Shown here one piece after another: positions 35,270 through 47,584 of a DNA stretch of 64,000 nucleotides. This DNA comes from an uncultured Nitrososphaeraceae archaeon (GTDB lineage Archaea; Thermoproteota; Nitrososphaeria; Nitrososphaerales; Nitrososphaeraceae), in assembly GCA_963729045.1 (NCBI GenBank), contig CAVSMN010000017.1, positions 1 to 64,000 of the forward strand, given 5' to 3'. The stretch's first letter is position 1. Every line of letters begins with the position of its first letter. The position numbers and the translations under genes were made by a program. Under the pieces are notes generated by a model. That model worked only from the letters and a program-made list of their open reading frames with translations. It had not been told where the DNA came from and searched no databases.

Positions 35270-36454
35270 CTAATTGGTAATCAAGTCCGAAATAATCAAC
35301 GACGTTGAAGAATTAGATAGGATGGGTTTTACATTGAACTTATATGGAGTTTGAGAAAACAGGAGTGCAGGATATATTGTTAAGCGTATTACATTTTTGG
35401 GAAGATTTCTTATCCACCAGTTTTCTAAAGCAATGCATTGTTCAAAATATTTATTCTTAAACAAGGTTCCTGCACAATCACATACAAATCTTATCTTTCC
35501 AGTTTCAGAGAGCATCGACTCTCTTCTTAAATATCTAATGAAATTTTCAAGTGGGACGATGTTATAAGACAGTGAATCAATATAGTATTTTGAAAAATCC
35601 ATCAACTGAAAATTGTGCTTTTTAACATTTTTCTCATAGTCAATAATTTTACTCAGAAATTCGGGTGATATGCTATCATTTCCAATTCTTGCCGTAGCGT
35701 AAATGCAGCGATCACCTTGCATCAAACCTTCATTTATAAAATCAGATAATGCCTCCATCGTGGTATCATTTAGGAAAAGTTCTTTATCATCTACGGTCAT
35801 TAAATCCTTGGATAATTCCTTGGTTATCTTATCACCGTTAGCCAAGCAGATGTAGTGATTACGAAATGGGTTATGGAAAAGTTTATTGTTACCACTACTG
35901 CTACTGCTTAATCCATTGGTCCAAACCAATCCGTGGTTTAAGCTCAGTAATGCATGCTGTTGAGGATTCATTCTGTCAATATCATTTCTTTTATATGCAT
36001 AGAGAGTGGAGATAGGAAAAGACAAGTAGCTTTGAAGTAGTTCATCGAATTTGATTAAAGCGTTTTCGAACTTCTCTATGAGATATGCATCAGCCTCGAT
36101 AAAAACTCTCAACCCTTCCTTTTTCATCTTCTTTGCATTTGAAACAATTTTTTCCCATTCTGCAAGGAACCTTTCAGCGTTAAAATCGCTGTAGTGGTAG
36201 TGGTACCAATTTGATATTGGAGTGATTACAACACTGTTGCTATTATCCATTCCTTTAGCATTATCTTTTCCAAATTCACTGTAGATCTTGTGGTAGAGTT
36301 TATGTATTGATGGTTCTTCTAGCATTATTAAAACAAATTCGTTGTTTTCCAAACCTTCCTTTAGAAATGAAAAGCAATCATCTATCTCCGTGTCTTTGTT
36401 TGGGTATACTACAAAAATATGGCTATCATTACCCAACAAATTAGTCAGATTCAC
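35270..36454 (-). CDS. Tandem MEDS-domain sensory protein
   Basis: HIFVVYP..FLKEGLENNE..GLRVF; second repeat FINEGL..GDRCIY..C..LE. Confidence 0.75.
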   Translation of the reverse strand: MNLTNLLGNDSHIFVVYPNKDTEIDDCFSFLKEGLENNEFVLIMLEEPSIHKLYHKIYSEFGKDNAKGMDNSNSVVITPISNWYHYHYSDFNAERFLAEWEKIVSNAKKMKKEGLRVFIEADAYLIEKFENALIKFDELLQSYLSFPISTLYAYKRNDIDRMNPQQHALLSLNHGLVWTNGLSSSSSGNNKLFHNPFRNHYICLANGDKITKELSKDLMTVDDKELFLNDTTMEALSDFINEGLMQGDRCIYATARIGNDSISPEFLSKIIDYEKNVKKHNFQLMDFSKYYIDSLSYNIVPLENFIRYLRRESMLSETGKIRFVCDCAGTLFKNKYFEQCIALENWWIRNLPKNVIRLTIYPALLFSQTPYKFNVKPILSNSSTSLIISDLITN

Positions 36455-36482
36455 ATTAGTTCATCTTTTGTATAAATAGACA

Positions 36483-36776
36483 TCAGTAATGTATCATATC
36501 TAATGTTGACTTTAATTCTGTCAATTCTTTATTTATAGCACCTCTATCAGACTCATCTGTTGCATACTTCAGTAACCTATTGCATGCCTGGATTTGTGCC
36601 AGCATTATTTCCCTGTTATCAAGACATAGGCTATGAGATGATTCTATAAAATGATAGGTAATGCTCTTTTTCTTATTAAAACCGCAGGTCTTTGCTTCTA
36701 TCAAGAATGGTGTCTCAGATTCTAAGATGTTCAATTTTGTCACCTTTTGAATTGAGAGCTTAAGGCCAAAATACAT
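36483..36776 (-). CDS. Paralog family A small protein
   Basis: TCG...SHSLCL...QIQACNRLLKY. Confidence 0.75.
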   Translation of the reverse strand: MYFGLKLSIQKVTKLNILESETPFLIEAKTCGFNKKKSITYHFIESSHSLCLDNREIMLAQIQACNRLLKYATDESDRGAINKELTELKSTLDMIHY

Positions 36777-36937
36777 CGAGTCTTTGATCCTTTCATATAC
36801 TTAATACGGTTTGAATTCATTGGTATTGGAGCTTATATCCTATAAATATATAAAAACTAGGATTCATTTGCAATAAAACGATCTAAAATCAAGACAATAA
36901 TTACAAAATTATTATTCTAGTGCAACTATCGGTCACT

Positions 36938-37510
36938 ATGACCAGGGTAATTAAGAACAACTAGCGTCAAAAGTCCGGGTCAGGTAGCGAAAGCATTACT
37001 TTGCGATTTGACAAAACCACATTAGACGAACTACGCAATGAGGCCGAACACAAATTGGAAAGCGTTAACACGCTCATAAATCAAATAGTCAAGGCCTATA
37101 CACTATGGCATAAGCCGGCTGCGAGCACAGGACTGATTTACATAAACAAATACCTTTACAGAGATATTTTGGCAAATCTATCAGATGAACAGGTAAAAGA
37201 AGTTGCTGACAAATTCGTCAGTCATTACTTTATTGATATGATTGAAATGTTTGATAACACCGTTTCGGCCGCTGTATACATTGGCATCCTGCTAAAATGG
37301 ATTGAAATCTCGGAATTCAAATACCGCATTTATGAAGACAGGCAATTAGATTATACAACATACAAATTTCAGTTTGACTTAGGATTAAAGTTTAGCCAAT
37401 TTATGGCTAGCATAATAAGAAACACGATGGAATCGTTAGGTCAGACAGAAATAAAGGTCGAGGTTACAGAACACTTAGTTATACTTAGGCTCCCAAAATC
37501 TATCCTTTGA
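36938..37510 (+). CDS. Thaumarchaeal RHH-like regulator; TAG in frame with the upstream ATG
   Basis: SITLRFD...L...A....SVNTLINQI ribbon-helix-helix pattern; ATG at 36938 in frame, TAG at 36962. Confidence 0.65.
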
Positions 37511-38176
37511 AAAGATATCAATTTTGGAAATTGCATTTGTTTGCAAGTGATTACACTATCCTTATATCTTTCTTATCTTATCTATTGATACGCTGACATA
37601 AGCCGATCTAAATCTATACACATGCAAAACGGGCAACATTGAATAATAGATAACTTCAGAAACGTTGGATTGATAGGGAGTGAAATACCGCACTTACTCA
37701 AATGGTTAACGGTCTACAACATGATACTATTTATCCCTTAAAAGGTAGACGTTACCAAATATAAATGGTATTAATGACCGATATCCTCCTAACTAAAGAT
37801 TCTTACATAAGGATCGACGATTTAGAATAAGGATTTCTAAGAATGGGTAAAACTTTAATGAGCTATTCAGATTCCATCAGATTGTGCTAATAGATATGGA
37901 TAATAGTTAGACAACTAAATTAGAGTATCGCATTCTGAAAAAGGAGTCATGACTTGAAAAAGATGTTCGGTCAACAAGAGGGTATAAACTGGGTGAATAT
38001 CTTTCATCTAAACAATGAAAAAATATCCAATCAATTTGATACCTCTTTTAAATGGTGTAATCATATGCTTTTTTACCGGTTATAATTTTAATATCATTAC
38101 AATGAGGTTATAAAATTCAATTAGGATAGGTATTAATCATCATATTTAATAAGGTTATACACACATTTCAGGGACA

Positions 38177-38193
38177 CCTAACCCGGCCCATAT
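38177..38193 (+). repeat. Short tRNA-Val-3' att-like site
   Basis: cctaacccggcccatat. Confidence 0.5.
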
Positions 38194-38579
38194 CGTTAAA
38201 GTAAAACCGAATGTTGTCAAATGCTTGTATTCAAACGACATATTTGAAAATATCTTTGCATTCTTAATTAGGTAACAAATATATACCAGTTTCCATATAC
38301 CAGATATATTAGAAGCCCACTGATTGGACGACTAGCCATATTGCTGTCTAAATTTGAATCGAATCTTGACTATAAAATATATTTAATACTCACAAAAATA
38401 ACAATAAACCTTTTTTCAAATGAATTTATCTTGTTCTTTCAGTCGTAAAACATATTCGAACTATTGTTATTTACAATGTGGGATTTAGATAATTTTGCCA
38501 AATCCGATCCAAATAAGTCGAAATAAAAAGAGAAGATTTTGAACAGATTCATACGCACGATGAGGACTGGATATAGAAA

Positions 38580-40223
38580 CTATTTGATAGGAGATTTTCC
38601 TATATAATGCGATATTATTGGTGGGGGACAATCCTTGATAAGTGTACGGATTCTATTTTCCATAACTTGAACGTTCTTGGTAACATATTCATGCTGACGC
38701 ATATGATCAGTCCAAGTATCAGCTATTCTGATTTCGATGTAGTGACCGGGATCTGCAGGGTCTTGGAATAATTCCCAATAAGCCATTCCTTCACTTTTAA
38801 GAAGACGTCCTAATTCATGTACATTTTGCTCAAACTCATCAGATAAATTAAGATTAATCTTGTTATATTCAATTGTTATTAGTGCTTGATTTTCATATTG
38901 GGAAGGGTCAATTGAAGATTGAGGGGGAAGCGACCAATGATCACTTACTGGTGTAAAATCAAGGTCGTTCAACAAAGTGCTGCTATAACGTTTCTTGGCA
39001 ATAATGGTTGCTGCTAAGGCTAAGGAAGCTACTGAAAGTGTGATCTGAATACCAAAAACATTAGCCACTGTGCCCCATATTACACTTCCTATTGCCAAGC
39101 CACCGTTTAGTACAAGAAGATAGATTGCTAATACCCTTGCTCCAATCCATTTCGGTGCAGATTTTATTCCAATTGTATAAAATGTTGATAATATTGTGAT
39201 GTAACCAGCTCCGCCAAGAACCATGACGATACAAAGAATTATGAAATCTTGTATATATCCTATCGCAAATGTTACAATAGAAAGTAATGCTACAGAACCT
39301 GCAATCAGAGACTCTACCGAAGCCTTAGGACGTAACCATGGCAAAATTACAATTCCACCAACTATAGCACCCATACCAAATGATCCTAACAGTAGTCCAA
39401 ATCCGGTGGAATCAAGTCCTAATTCATGTCTAGCTAAGAATGGTAAGAGAGATAATAATGCACTACTGCACAATGTAAACAAACCAGCACGTACAATTAA
39501 TACATGTGCAGCTTGAGAATGGCGTATATACCGTATCTGAACTCGAATAGCTCTTATTATGTTCTCTGGTGGCAGAGAGTTTTGATCTTGTGAGACATCA
39601 GACTTTCGTGGTAACCTCTTTACGATAATGATCATGCAAATAAAGGAAACTGAATTAATAAAAAATACAGCCCAGGGCGCAATCGCAGCCACTATAATAC
39701 CACCAATCGTTGGGCCAACTACACGGCCTATGTTACCACCTAGGGCACTAAGAGTGAGGGCTGCAGGCAGTTCAGATCTAGGAACCAGTCCGCTCAATGT
39801 GGGGATAATAGGAGTTCTAATCATAGTCAGACCTGCTCCTAGTGCAAAAGTAAGTATCAAAAGTATTGTTGGGGTAGTAAGACCAATAAGAGTTAGGATT
39901 CCTAGTATAGTGGATATTGTAAACATATATGCACATGTAAGAAGGAGTATACTGCGCCGATCAAAAATGTCAGATAATATTCCTGATGGTAATGCAAATA
40001 AAAAAATTGGTAAAGCAGTAGCAGTTGTAATGAGAGAAACAAATAATGGATTTGGTGAAAGAGAAGTCATTAGCCATGACGCCCCTACATCGTACATTGC
40101 TGCACCAACATATGAAAAGAGAGCCGCAATCCATAGTGTCCTATACATAGCAGATTTGAAAGGGCTCAGTCCTGATTTTGAAATATTTTCTTGTTTGTCC
40201 CCCTCCCTTTCCTTTTCAACCAT
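38580..40223 (-). CDS. MFS transporter (MFS_3/DUF894 type) with soluble C-terminal domain
   Basis: About 12 TM helices; GILSDIFDRR motif A; C-terminal WELFQD..W.DHMRQH. Confidence 0.9.
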   Translation of the reverse strand: MVEKEREGDKQENISKSGLSPFKSAMYRTLWIAALFSYVGAAMYDVGASWLMTSLSPNPLFVSLITTATALPIFLFALPSGILSDIFDRRSILLLTCAYMFTISTILGILTLIGLTTPTILLILTFALGAGLTMIRTPIIPTLSGLVPRSELPAALTLSALGGNIGRVVGPTIGGIIVAAIAPWAVFFINSVSFICMIIIVKRLPRKSDVSQDQNSLPPENIIRAIRVQIRYIRHSQAAHVLIVRAGLFTLCSSALLSLLPFLARHELGLDSTGFGLLLGSFGMGAIVGGIVILPWLRPKASVESLIAGSVALLSIVTFAIGYIQDFIILCIVMVLGGAGYITILSTFYTIGIKSAPKWIGARVLAIYLLVLNGGLAIGSVIWGTVANVFGIQITLSVASLALAATIIAKKRYSSTLLNDLDFTPVSDHWSLPPQSSIDPSQYENQALITIEYNKINLNLSDEFEQNVHELGRLLKSEGMAYWELFQDPADPGHYIEIRIADTWTDHMRQHEYVTKNVQVMENRIRTLIKDCPPPIISHYIGKSPIK

Positions 40224-41101
40224 TGAAAATAAGTAAGCAAGAGTTAGTCATACGTTTTTCTATAAGTCAAGTTATCCATATGAAAGTATAAATCTCAAAT
40301 GAGGTTCAACCTATGCAGCTTTGAGATCTATCGGCTCTGCTAAGGTTAATTTTAAACTCCTGATTTTCCATTTCATTCTGTTTTGGTAATATTTTGACCA
40401 AAGAAATTTGTGAGATGGCCCATAAGGAACTCGGGTTGTACTTCTTGAATAAAATGTTCTATATTTGGAATCTTGATGCTATGAACATTTTGGGTCAGCA
40501 TGTTCATCCCATATACTGGCCTATTCATAGTTTTTGTATTTCTAATGCTATACCATTTAACCCTTCAAGTGTCTTAATGGAATTTGGATTTAGCATCAGA
40601 ATTTTGTTTTGAGGATCATATTGTAAATAGTCGAAATCAGTGTTACTATATTATTTTGTAATCAAATCAGTAGTTGATTGAGTATGAGGAGTATTAGGAG
40701 TATAAAAAGGTAAGGCGGCCACACGGGTCCCTTCTAGGAGATAGGTATAACTTGTTGTCAGCTTCATATAAAAGGGTAGCATCCATATCTGACTTAAACT
40801 CTTGAAAATGATTAACTTATTTATAGATGCACTGAATAACAAAACCCATAAATGCTATAAGGAAGGAAGAATTTGATGAATTTTTCATACCAATTCTATA
40901 AGTTAGTACCATTTGAGAAATGGAATGTTTTTGTCAACTCGAAAACATGCAATAAACATATTTCAAAAATCAATAACTAAACAAATAATTTTTTGTAATT
41001 TATCCTGTTACTCCATCTTTATAGAATCAGGTTAAAAAATCCTAGAAGAGTATAAAAGGAAGAATTTTGCTATTTATCATGTTTATATAAAAAAAAGAAG
41101 A

Positions 41102-41702
41102 TTATTGTTCTTCGGTATCCTCCTGTAATTCTTGACTGATTATTTGCCCTCGTATCTCTCCATCAGAATTCTGTTGGGTGTGTATATTAGCATAGGCATT
41201 TCCCTCGTTAAAGGCATCTACCAAATCAGAGATTTGCATTCCTTCTAAAGGACCTGAAAGATCATCTGCACTAATCGTTCCACTTTCTGAGACTTCATTC
41301 TGTGGGGAATCAAAGTCAAACAAAGTCACTATCACTGGACCATTCTGACCTTCAATTCCAAAATGAATGTGTCCTGCTGTGGCTCCTTCAATATCAGTAG
41401 CAGTGATTGTGTAATCAATGCTGTCCCCGTCGTTAGAGGGACTAAAATCCGCAATTCCTGTTGCTTGTGTATTTACTGGTGGAACCTCTTGATCTCCTGA
41501 AAGAACCGTACTGTATTCAACATTGCTATTATCATTATTATTGTTATTGTCGTTTGGTATTGGTATTGGTATTGGTATTGGTGTCATTAGCTTGCGCAAA
41601 GGATTGAGATATTATAGTGGATGACCCCAGTCCAAAGATCCCCATTGCCAAGATTGCAATTAACCATGATACAAAAAATGGTTTCGTATTTCCTATTTTC
41701 AT
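41102..41702 (-). CDS. Secreted CHRD-domain protein, frameshift in the TN-repeat linker
   Basis: LSGDQEVPPV, GHIH and YANIHT...GEIRGQI; signal peptide from the ATG at 41702 in another frame. Confidence 0.85.
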
Positions 41703-42090
41703 TAGTATGAATTGGATTTAATGATATTTAACTATAGGTATATGCCGAGATTATGTTAAAACTCATTGCAAACGACATGATATGATTGAATTCAACTTGA
41801 ATTTAGATCAAATATCAAAAGCCATAAAAATAGAAGGATTAGATCTATACGGTATGTATTCTTTGATTTTATATCTCATCTTTCTGAGAGATGCTACTAG
41901 AGTAAAGTGAATGTTCCGATTAAGAATGCCAGTAGTATGCTCAAGAATATAAACAGGGGTATACTATTTCTCCGCTTTTATCAATGAATATCCTAAAGAA
42001 ACTGCAGATATAACCAAAAAAGAGATAAATGCACTAACAACAACTAAATCTTCCATTTATTTAATCACCTCTCCCTTCCAATCATTTTCT

Positions 42091-42630
42091 TCAATCAGGA
42101 TTAGACACCCTTGAGAGATTGTAGACTTCGGGATACTGATTTACTAACTCTCTGTTTACTTCTAATACATTCACGTAATCTGGAGCAAAGAAAAGTGCAT
42201 TTGTTATTTTATTCTGTTCAATGTTTAGGTTCAATAAGGTTCTCAGAGTATTTTGATGTATGCCCGTAGCTTCACTTACGTTTTTGATTTGAGCATATGC
42301 ATCTTCAGGCGTTATATGTGGATCTACTGTTGAAGCAGAATCACTTGGTGGCCTCGGGTGAAAGAACTTGGCTGAATCAAATTCCTGAGCTATCAATTTT
42401 GAACCTATTTTCTCCCCGTTAAATTCCACGATGCTGCCACCAGATTGGAAAGGTAAAGTCAGTTGTCCAACTTCGGCTAGAATGACCGGATAGGCAATTC
42501 CAAGAACTATCACCATGACAACCAAAACTCTAATTGCAGTTTTCAGGTTATATAATACAAGACTTGTTGTTAGCTTTTCTTTACTAGACTCGTTTTCTTT
42601 ATCATAGTTTTTATTTTCCATGTTTTTCAC
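42091..42630 (-). CDS. kdpC: K+-transporting ATPase subunit C
   Basis: YP, GSKLIAQ.F...FFHPRP, DPHI and VNVLEVN; operon position. Confidence 0.9.
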   Translation of the reverse strand: MKNMENKNYDKENESSKEKLTTSLVLYNLKTAIRVLVVMVIVLGIAYPVILAEVGQLTLPFQSGGSIVEFNGEKIGSKLIAQEFDSAKFFHPRPPSDSASTVDPHITPEDAYAQIKNVSEATGIHQNTLRTLLNLNIEQNKITNALFFAPDYVNVLEVNRELVNQYPEVYNLSRVSNPD

Positions 42631-42634
42631 CTCT

Positions 42635-44899
42635 TTACCTCATGAATGTTGAAAGGAACATGTCTATTGCCTTGATTGCTATAAATGGTAATGCTGCGCC
42701 CCCTAATCCATAAATAAGAATATTTCGCACAAATAACTGCTCTGTTTGCTCAGCTTTGAACTTTATTCCTCTTAATGAAAGAGGGATAAGTGCAGGAATT
42801 ATAAGAGCATTAAAAATTAATGTAGAGAGAATCGCTGTTTCAATGACTAGAAAGTTGCATAATATTTAGTGCGCCTAGTTTAGGATTATCTTCTGCAAAC
42901 ATTGAAGGAAGAATTGCGAAATATTTTGCAGCGTCATTAGCGATACTAAAAGTAGTAATTGCACCTCTAGTCATCAACAATTGTTTTCCCAGTTTCACTA
43001 CTTTGAGTATTTTAGAAGGGTCTGAATCCAAGTCGACCATGTTAGCTGCTTCTTTCGCTGCCGCTGTTCCACTATTCATGGCTAATCCGATATCAGCCTT
43101 TGCCAATGCAGGTGCATCATTTGTCCCATCGCCAACCATTCCTATAATATGGCCTTTTTGTTGTTCTTCTAATACTCTCTGAAGCTTGTCAGTTGGTTTG
43201 GCCTCAGCCATTACCTGATTAACATTTGCTTCTTGAGCTATGACTTGAGCTGTTACCTGATTGTCACCTGTTATCATAATAGTAGTGATTCCTGCAGCGT
43301 GGACTTCATCAAGTTTTTGGCGGATATTTTCCTTGAGGTTATCCTTTAAGACTACTAAGCCTATTATTTCGTCGTTAATTGCTATTGCTAGAGGGGTTTC
43401 ACCCTTCTTAGATACTTCTTGAGCTTTCCATTTCAATTCGGCAGTATTCAAGCTAGTGTTTGACCTTGCTAATTCAACAATTACGTCCACCGAACCTTTT
43501 AGAATTTTTATTGGATTTGCAAATGAGTTTTTCTCCATATCTAGTAACATATCATGAATTTTACCATGACTTGACCTGTCAATAACATCCTCCAGATTCT
43601 CAAGTGTTGATGAATCTGCCTCTAGTTGACTTGTAACTGTTTTCGCAAGATTTCGTAGCTCTTCTTCATCGTCTCTATCCAGTTTAACAACTTTATTTGG
43701 GATGAATTCTATACCACTTACCCTACTCTCTGCGGTAAATTCGATGGATCTGGCAGCGATTATTTTTTCTAACATGGGTGGAATATATTTTCTCTCCTCA
43801 GATAGATCTACAATTGATTTTCCTTCATGAGTAATATCTTGAATTGAAGCTGCATATGCTACTTGGCCCACATCTTCTTCTGTATATGTTGCCATTGGAA
43901 TAAATTCAATAGCACTTCTACTTCCCTCTGTTATTGTCCCTGTTTTATCTAAGATAAGAATATCGCAATCTCCGGCTGCTTCAATTCCTTTACCTGATTT
44001 GGCTATTATATTATATTTACCCAATCTAGTAATACCTGCCACACCAATCGCTGGAAGTAAACCTCCAATAGTAGTAGGCATTAGTGCAACTAATAGGGCT
44101 ACCAGAGTGGCTATGTCAGTATTGTAACCCAAATAGTAGGCAGAAAACAACAAAGTTCCAATTACGGTAATAAAAATAAGAGATAAACCAGCCAATAGAA
44201 TGGTCAATGCTATTTCATTTTGTGTTTTGGGTCTTGTTGCATTTTGAATCAAGCCAACCATTTCATCTAAATAACTTTTTCCAGCTTCTGCAGTTATCTC
44301 TACTATGATATTATCTGTGGTTACTATGGTTCCACCTATTACGTGGTCGTCTTTTTCCTTAAATACAGGATTTGATTCACCTGTCATCATGGATTCATCA
44401 ATGAATGTTATCCCACTTATTACCAATCCATCCCTCGGAATCAATTCGCCAGCATACACTTTTACTTCATCACCCGGTTTAAGATGAGATGATTTGATGA
44501 CTACTTCTTTTCCGTGTTCTAATTTTCTTGCAGTCACCTCCTTTTCCAACTTCTTTAACGAATCTACGCGAGCTCTGGCTTGAGCTTCTGAAAGGGATTC
44601 TGAAAATGTGGCAAACCAAACAGTGAGGATTAGTATGATTGCTGCCTCTGTATAGAATATTTGATTTTGAGTTACAAATGTTTCAGATACGTTTGGGAAC
44701 ACTGCTGCAAAAAGAACTACCAAGAATCCCAGTTCTACAGTGAACATGACGGGGTTGTTTTTTGCAAGATACCTTGGATCCAGCTTTGTGATTGAATCTA
44801 GTATTATTTGGAATTAATAGCTGATACTATACTGTTTCTTTTACCGTTATTGCTTTTACCGTTATTGCTTTTACCGTTATTGCTTTTTGATTTTGACAT
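42635..44899 (-). CDS. kdpB: K+-transporting ATPase subunit B, frameshifted near both ends
   Basis: NPVMF, TGES, PTTIGGLL, DKTGT, GDGTND and TRGAITTFSIAND. Confidence 0.92.
44838..44882. repeat. 15-bp tandem repeat x3 in the kdpB 5' end (KSNNG)
   Basis: cttttaccgttattg repeated three times. Confidence 0.9.
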
Positions 44900-44928
44900 A
44901 TTAATTTTCTTGTTACCTCCTTACTCTC

Positions 44929-46565
44929 CTAAATGGAAAATGGCCCCAAAATTATGAACGGAAAGAAAGTTAAAGCGGTCAGTAAGAAGGTAAGTGTAAT
45001 TAATACTGTTATAAACAATGGACCTTGAGTTTTAATTGGTTCTATTACTTCTTTTCTATCCTTTATTGTAAATGATCCTGCTATGGCCAACATTAATGCG
45101 AGTGGCAAGTACCTGCCAAGAAACATCACAATCGCAGTAGAGTAGTTCCAAAATGGAGTATCCGCTGACGCGCCAAAGTAATCAGAGCCATTATTAGCAG
45201 CTGCTGATGTATATTCATACAATGTTTGTGTATATCCCATGGGAGTAACTTCGTCTACCTACTATTGCTTGTGCATTTCCAGTCCCTAAAGCTATGACAG
45301 TGGGTATCAAAATTATTGCAGGATGTAACAGAAAGATATAGACAGCTAACTTTATGTCTTTGGGTTTTATTTTCATGCTCATAAACTCTGGCGTCTTGCC
45401 TACCATGAGTCCTACAATAAACAGGGTCAATAGCACGAAGATAATCATACTCATCATCCCTGTACCTACTGCTCCTGGAATAGCTTGTACAAACATAGCT
45501 AGGAAAAATGAAATCGTGGCTTCAGGCGACATCCCTGCCAAAGCAGAATTTGCAGCTCCGGTGTTTGTACCTAGAGAAACAGTATCAAATAAAATACTTC
45601 CAAAGCTTCCAAATCGGGTTTCAAGTAGTAATGGTCCGCTTTCTACGCTAGTTGCTATAATAATTAGAGTTCCAAAACCAATAAGCATAGCTACAAGAAT
45701 AGCTATACCCCTTCCTTTACCCATTAGTCGAGCATAAGTGATGGGAAAGGAGAGTGGAATAATAAGCATTAAAAACATCTCATACATATTGGATAATCCA
45801 GTTGGGTTTTCAAATGGATGTGCAGAGTTAGATCCAAAGAATCCTCCACCATTACTACCCAAGAGTTTTATCGATTCTAGAGATGCAACTGGCCCCATGT
45901 TGATTGTTTGAGTATTTGAGGAATTATTATTAATCGATATTCTCCAAAGTATTAGTTTCCACTGAAGGTTGAAAAGTTTGAGGAACACCAATAACCATCA
46001 AAACCAGTGCAGACACAACAGCAACTGGAAGTAATAAAGTTATAATAATTCTTGTCAAATCTACATAAAAATTTCCCAGTCCATAATTTTTTCGTATAAA
46101 GGAGCGAATAAATGCAAATGCAGCCGCAATTCCTGATGCAGGGGCTATAAACATTGTAAAAGTTATTGCAACCATCTGAGAAGTTATGGAAAGTTGTTGG
46201 TCTCCAACATAATGTTGTAAATTTGTATCGGTGATAAAAGATATTGCGGTATTAAAAGCAAGATCAAATGAAAAGCCCTCCTTACCTTCTGATAATGGGA
46301 GATAGTTTTGAAATGTTAAAACAAGGATAATAAATACAACTACTGCCATATTTGTAATAAATAAAGCAAGAAAATACTCTTTCCAACTCATTTGCTTAGT
46401 TGCGTTTATTCCAATTACTCTATAAAACCCGCTTTCTACTCTTGCAAGAGTTTTTTCCAATGGTCTCATTTCGAAGGTTATCATTCTAGCAAGGTAAGTA
46501 CCAAAAATGGTTGCTAGACCTATAGTTCCTACTATGAGAACACAAAACTGTATTGTCGTGTCCAA
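44929..46565 (-). CDS. kdpA: K+-transporting ATPase subunit A, split by two frameshifts
   Basis: FNTAISF.T.TNLQHY, LGSNGGGFF..NSAHPFENP, GLMVGKTPE and SAAANNGS. Confidence 0.92.
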
Positions 46566-47060
46566 CTATTTCATCTGGTTTTTAATTTTAGTAACCTAAT
46601 TCCTGATAGTAGAACAGTAATATATAAGGATTATTTTATTGAATAATTTAGATTACTAATTTATACTAGATAAAATATATAACAAAATTAGAAAACATTG
46701 TAAATATTAGTCAAATTATGAACAAATATATGTATTTCATAATCTTGTTTTCATATACAAAATCAAGAGCAGGATGAATTTTAGTCTTATATAGATTCTC
46801 TTTCCAAATTGCATTTCATACTCTAATTTGTTCAAACAAAGTTTAACAATTTCTGATTTTCTGATTTGACATTTAAAATTAAATTAGGAACAAAGTGTAA
46901 ATTTTGAATAAATTTGAAAAGGAAAACAGTTTTTTGCATAAAATAAATTACTGACTGAAAGAAATAGTATGAATTCTTTAATTCTGTGCTAATGTGTTAA
47001 AAAGTACAAGGGCTCAAAAGTATAAATCAATTTTGTTTTGCCTCATACCTCTTTTAATAT

Positions 47061-47435
47061 TTACGAGTCATGTTCCAAGTCTTTTTTTATCTGTTCAAAT
47101 TGCTCCTTAGTTATCTCTCCTTTTGCATATCTTTCTTTTAATATATTTTGTGCATTATCATTTCCACTATATTGTGAATAGTAACGTGACGAATCTCCAC
47201 ATCTATTGGAGCAAAAAACCCATCGTGTGATAAAGAATATTATGAATATCAAGAATATTATTCCTATGAATCCAAAATGAAATGGAAAGTATATGAATTG
47301 GGGATGAACTCCTGAAAATACAGGGGCAGTAAATAAGAAGGGTATGGTAATTGAAATCCCTATCAGAACTATTAATCCAATTATGCCCAAGGTGATAAAT
47401 CCTCTCATTCTACTTTCTGACTCCTTGTTATTCAA
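47061..47435 (-). CDS. Membrane protein with SHOCT domain
   Basis: Two TM helices; ILKERYAKGEITKEQF. Confidence 0.85.
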   Translation of the reverse strand: MNNKESESRMRGFITLGIIGLIVLIGISITIPFLFTAPVFSGVHPQFIYFPFHFGFIGIIFLIFIIFFITRWVFCSNRCGDSSRYYSQYSGNDNAQNILKERYAKGEITKEQFEQIKKDLEHDS

Positions 47436-47584
47436 ATCAAATACCCCAATTATCTATTCCAGTTTGAATGATAGATTTAGATAACTTTTGCATTGGACTA
47501 TCTTGTCCATTCCAGTCGATCTTCACTAGAATAACAAATAAAATCGTCAATTACAATTATTACCTCTTTTTTTGTTATTGGTGA

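Noticed and set aside
19828..36964. In-frame TAG codons (19828-19830 and 36962-36964) as amber recoding
   Set aside because: Many genes here end normally in TAG, there is no pyl machinery, and the CAP copy also has a frameshift; simple nonsense changes or errors are more likely.
39223..40236. Plus-strand ORFs 39223..39516 and 39628..40236 (also 13241, 44305, 45354, 59175)
   Set aside because: Antisense shadows of well-supported minus-strand genes.
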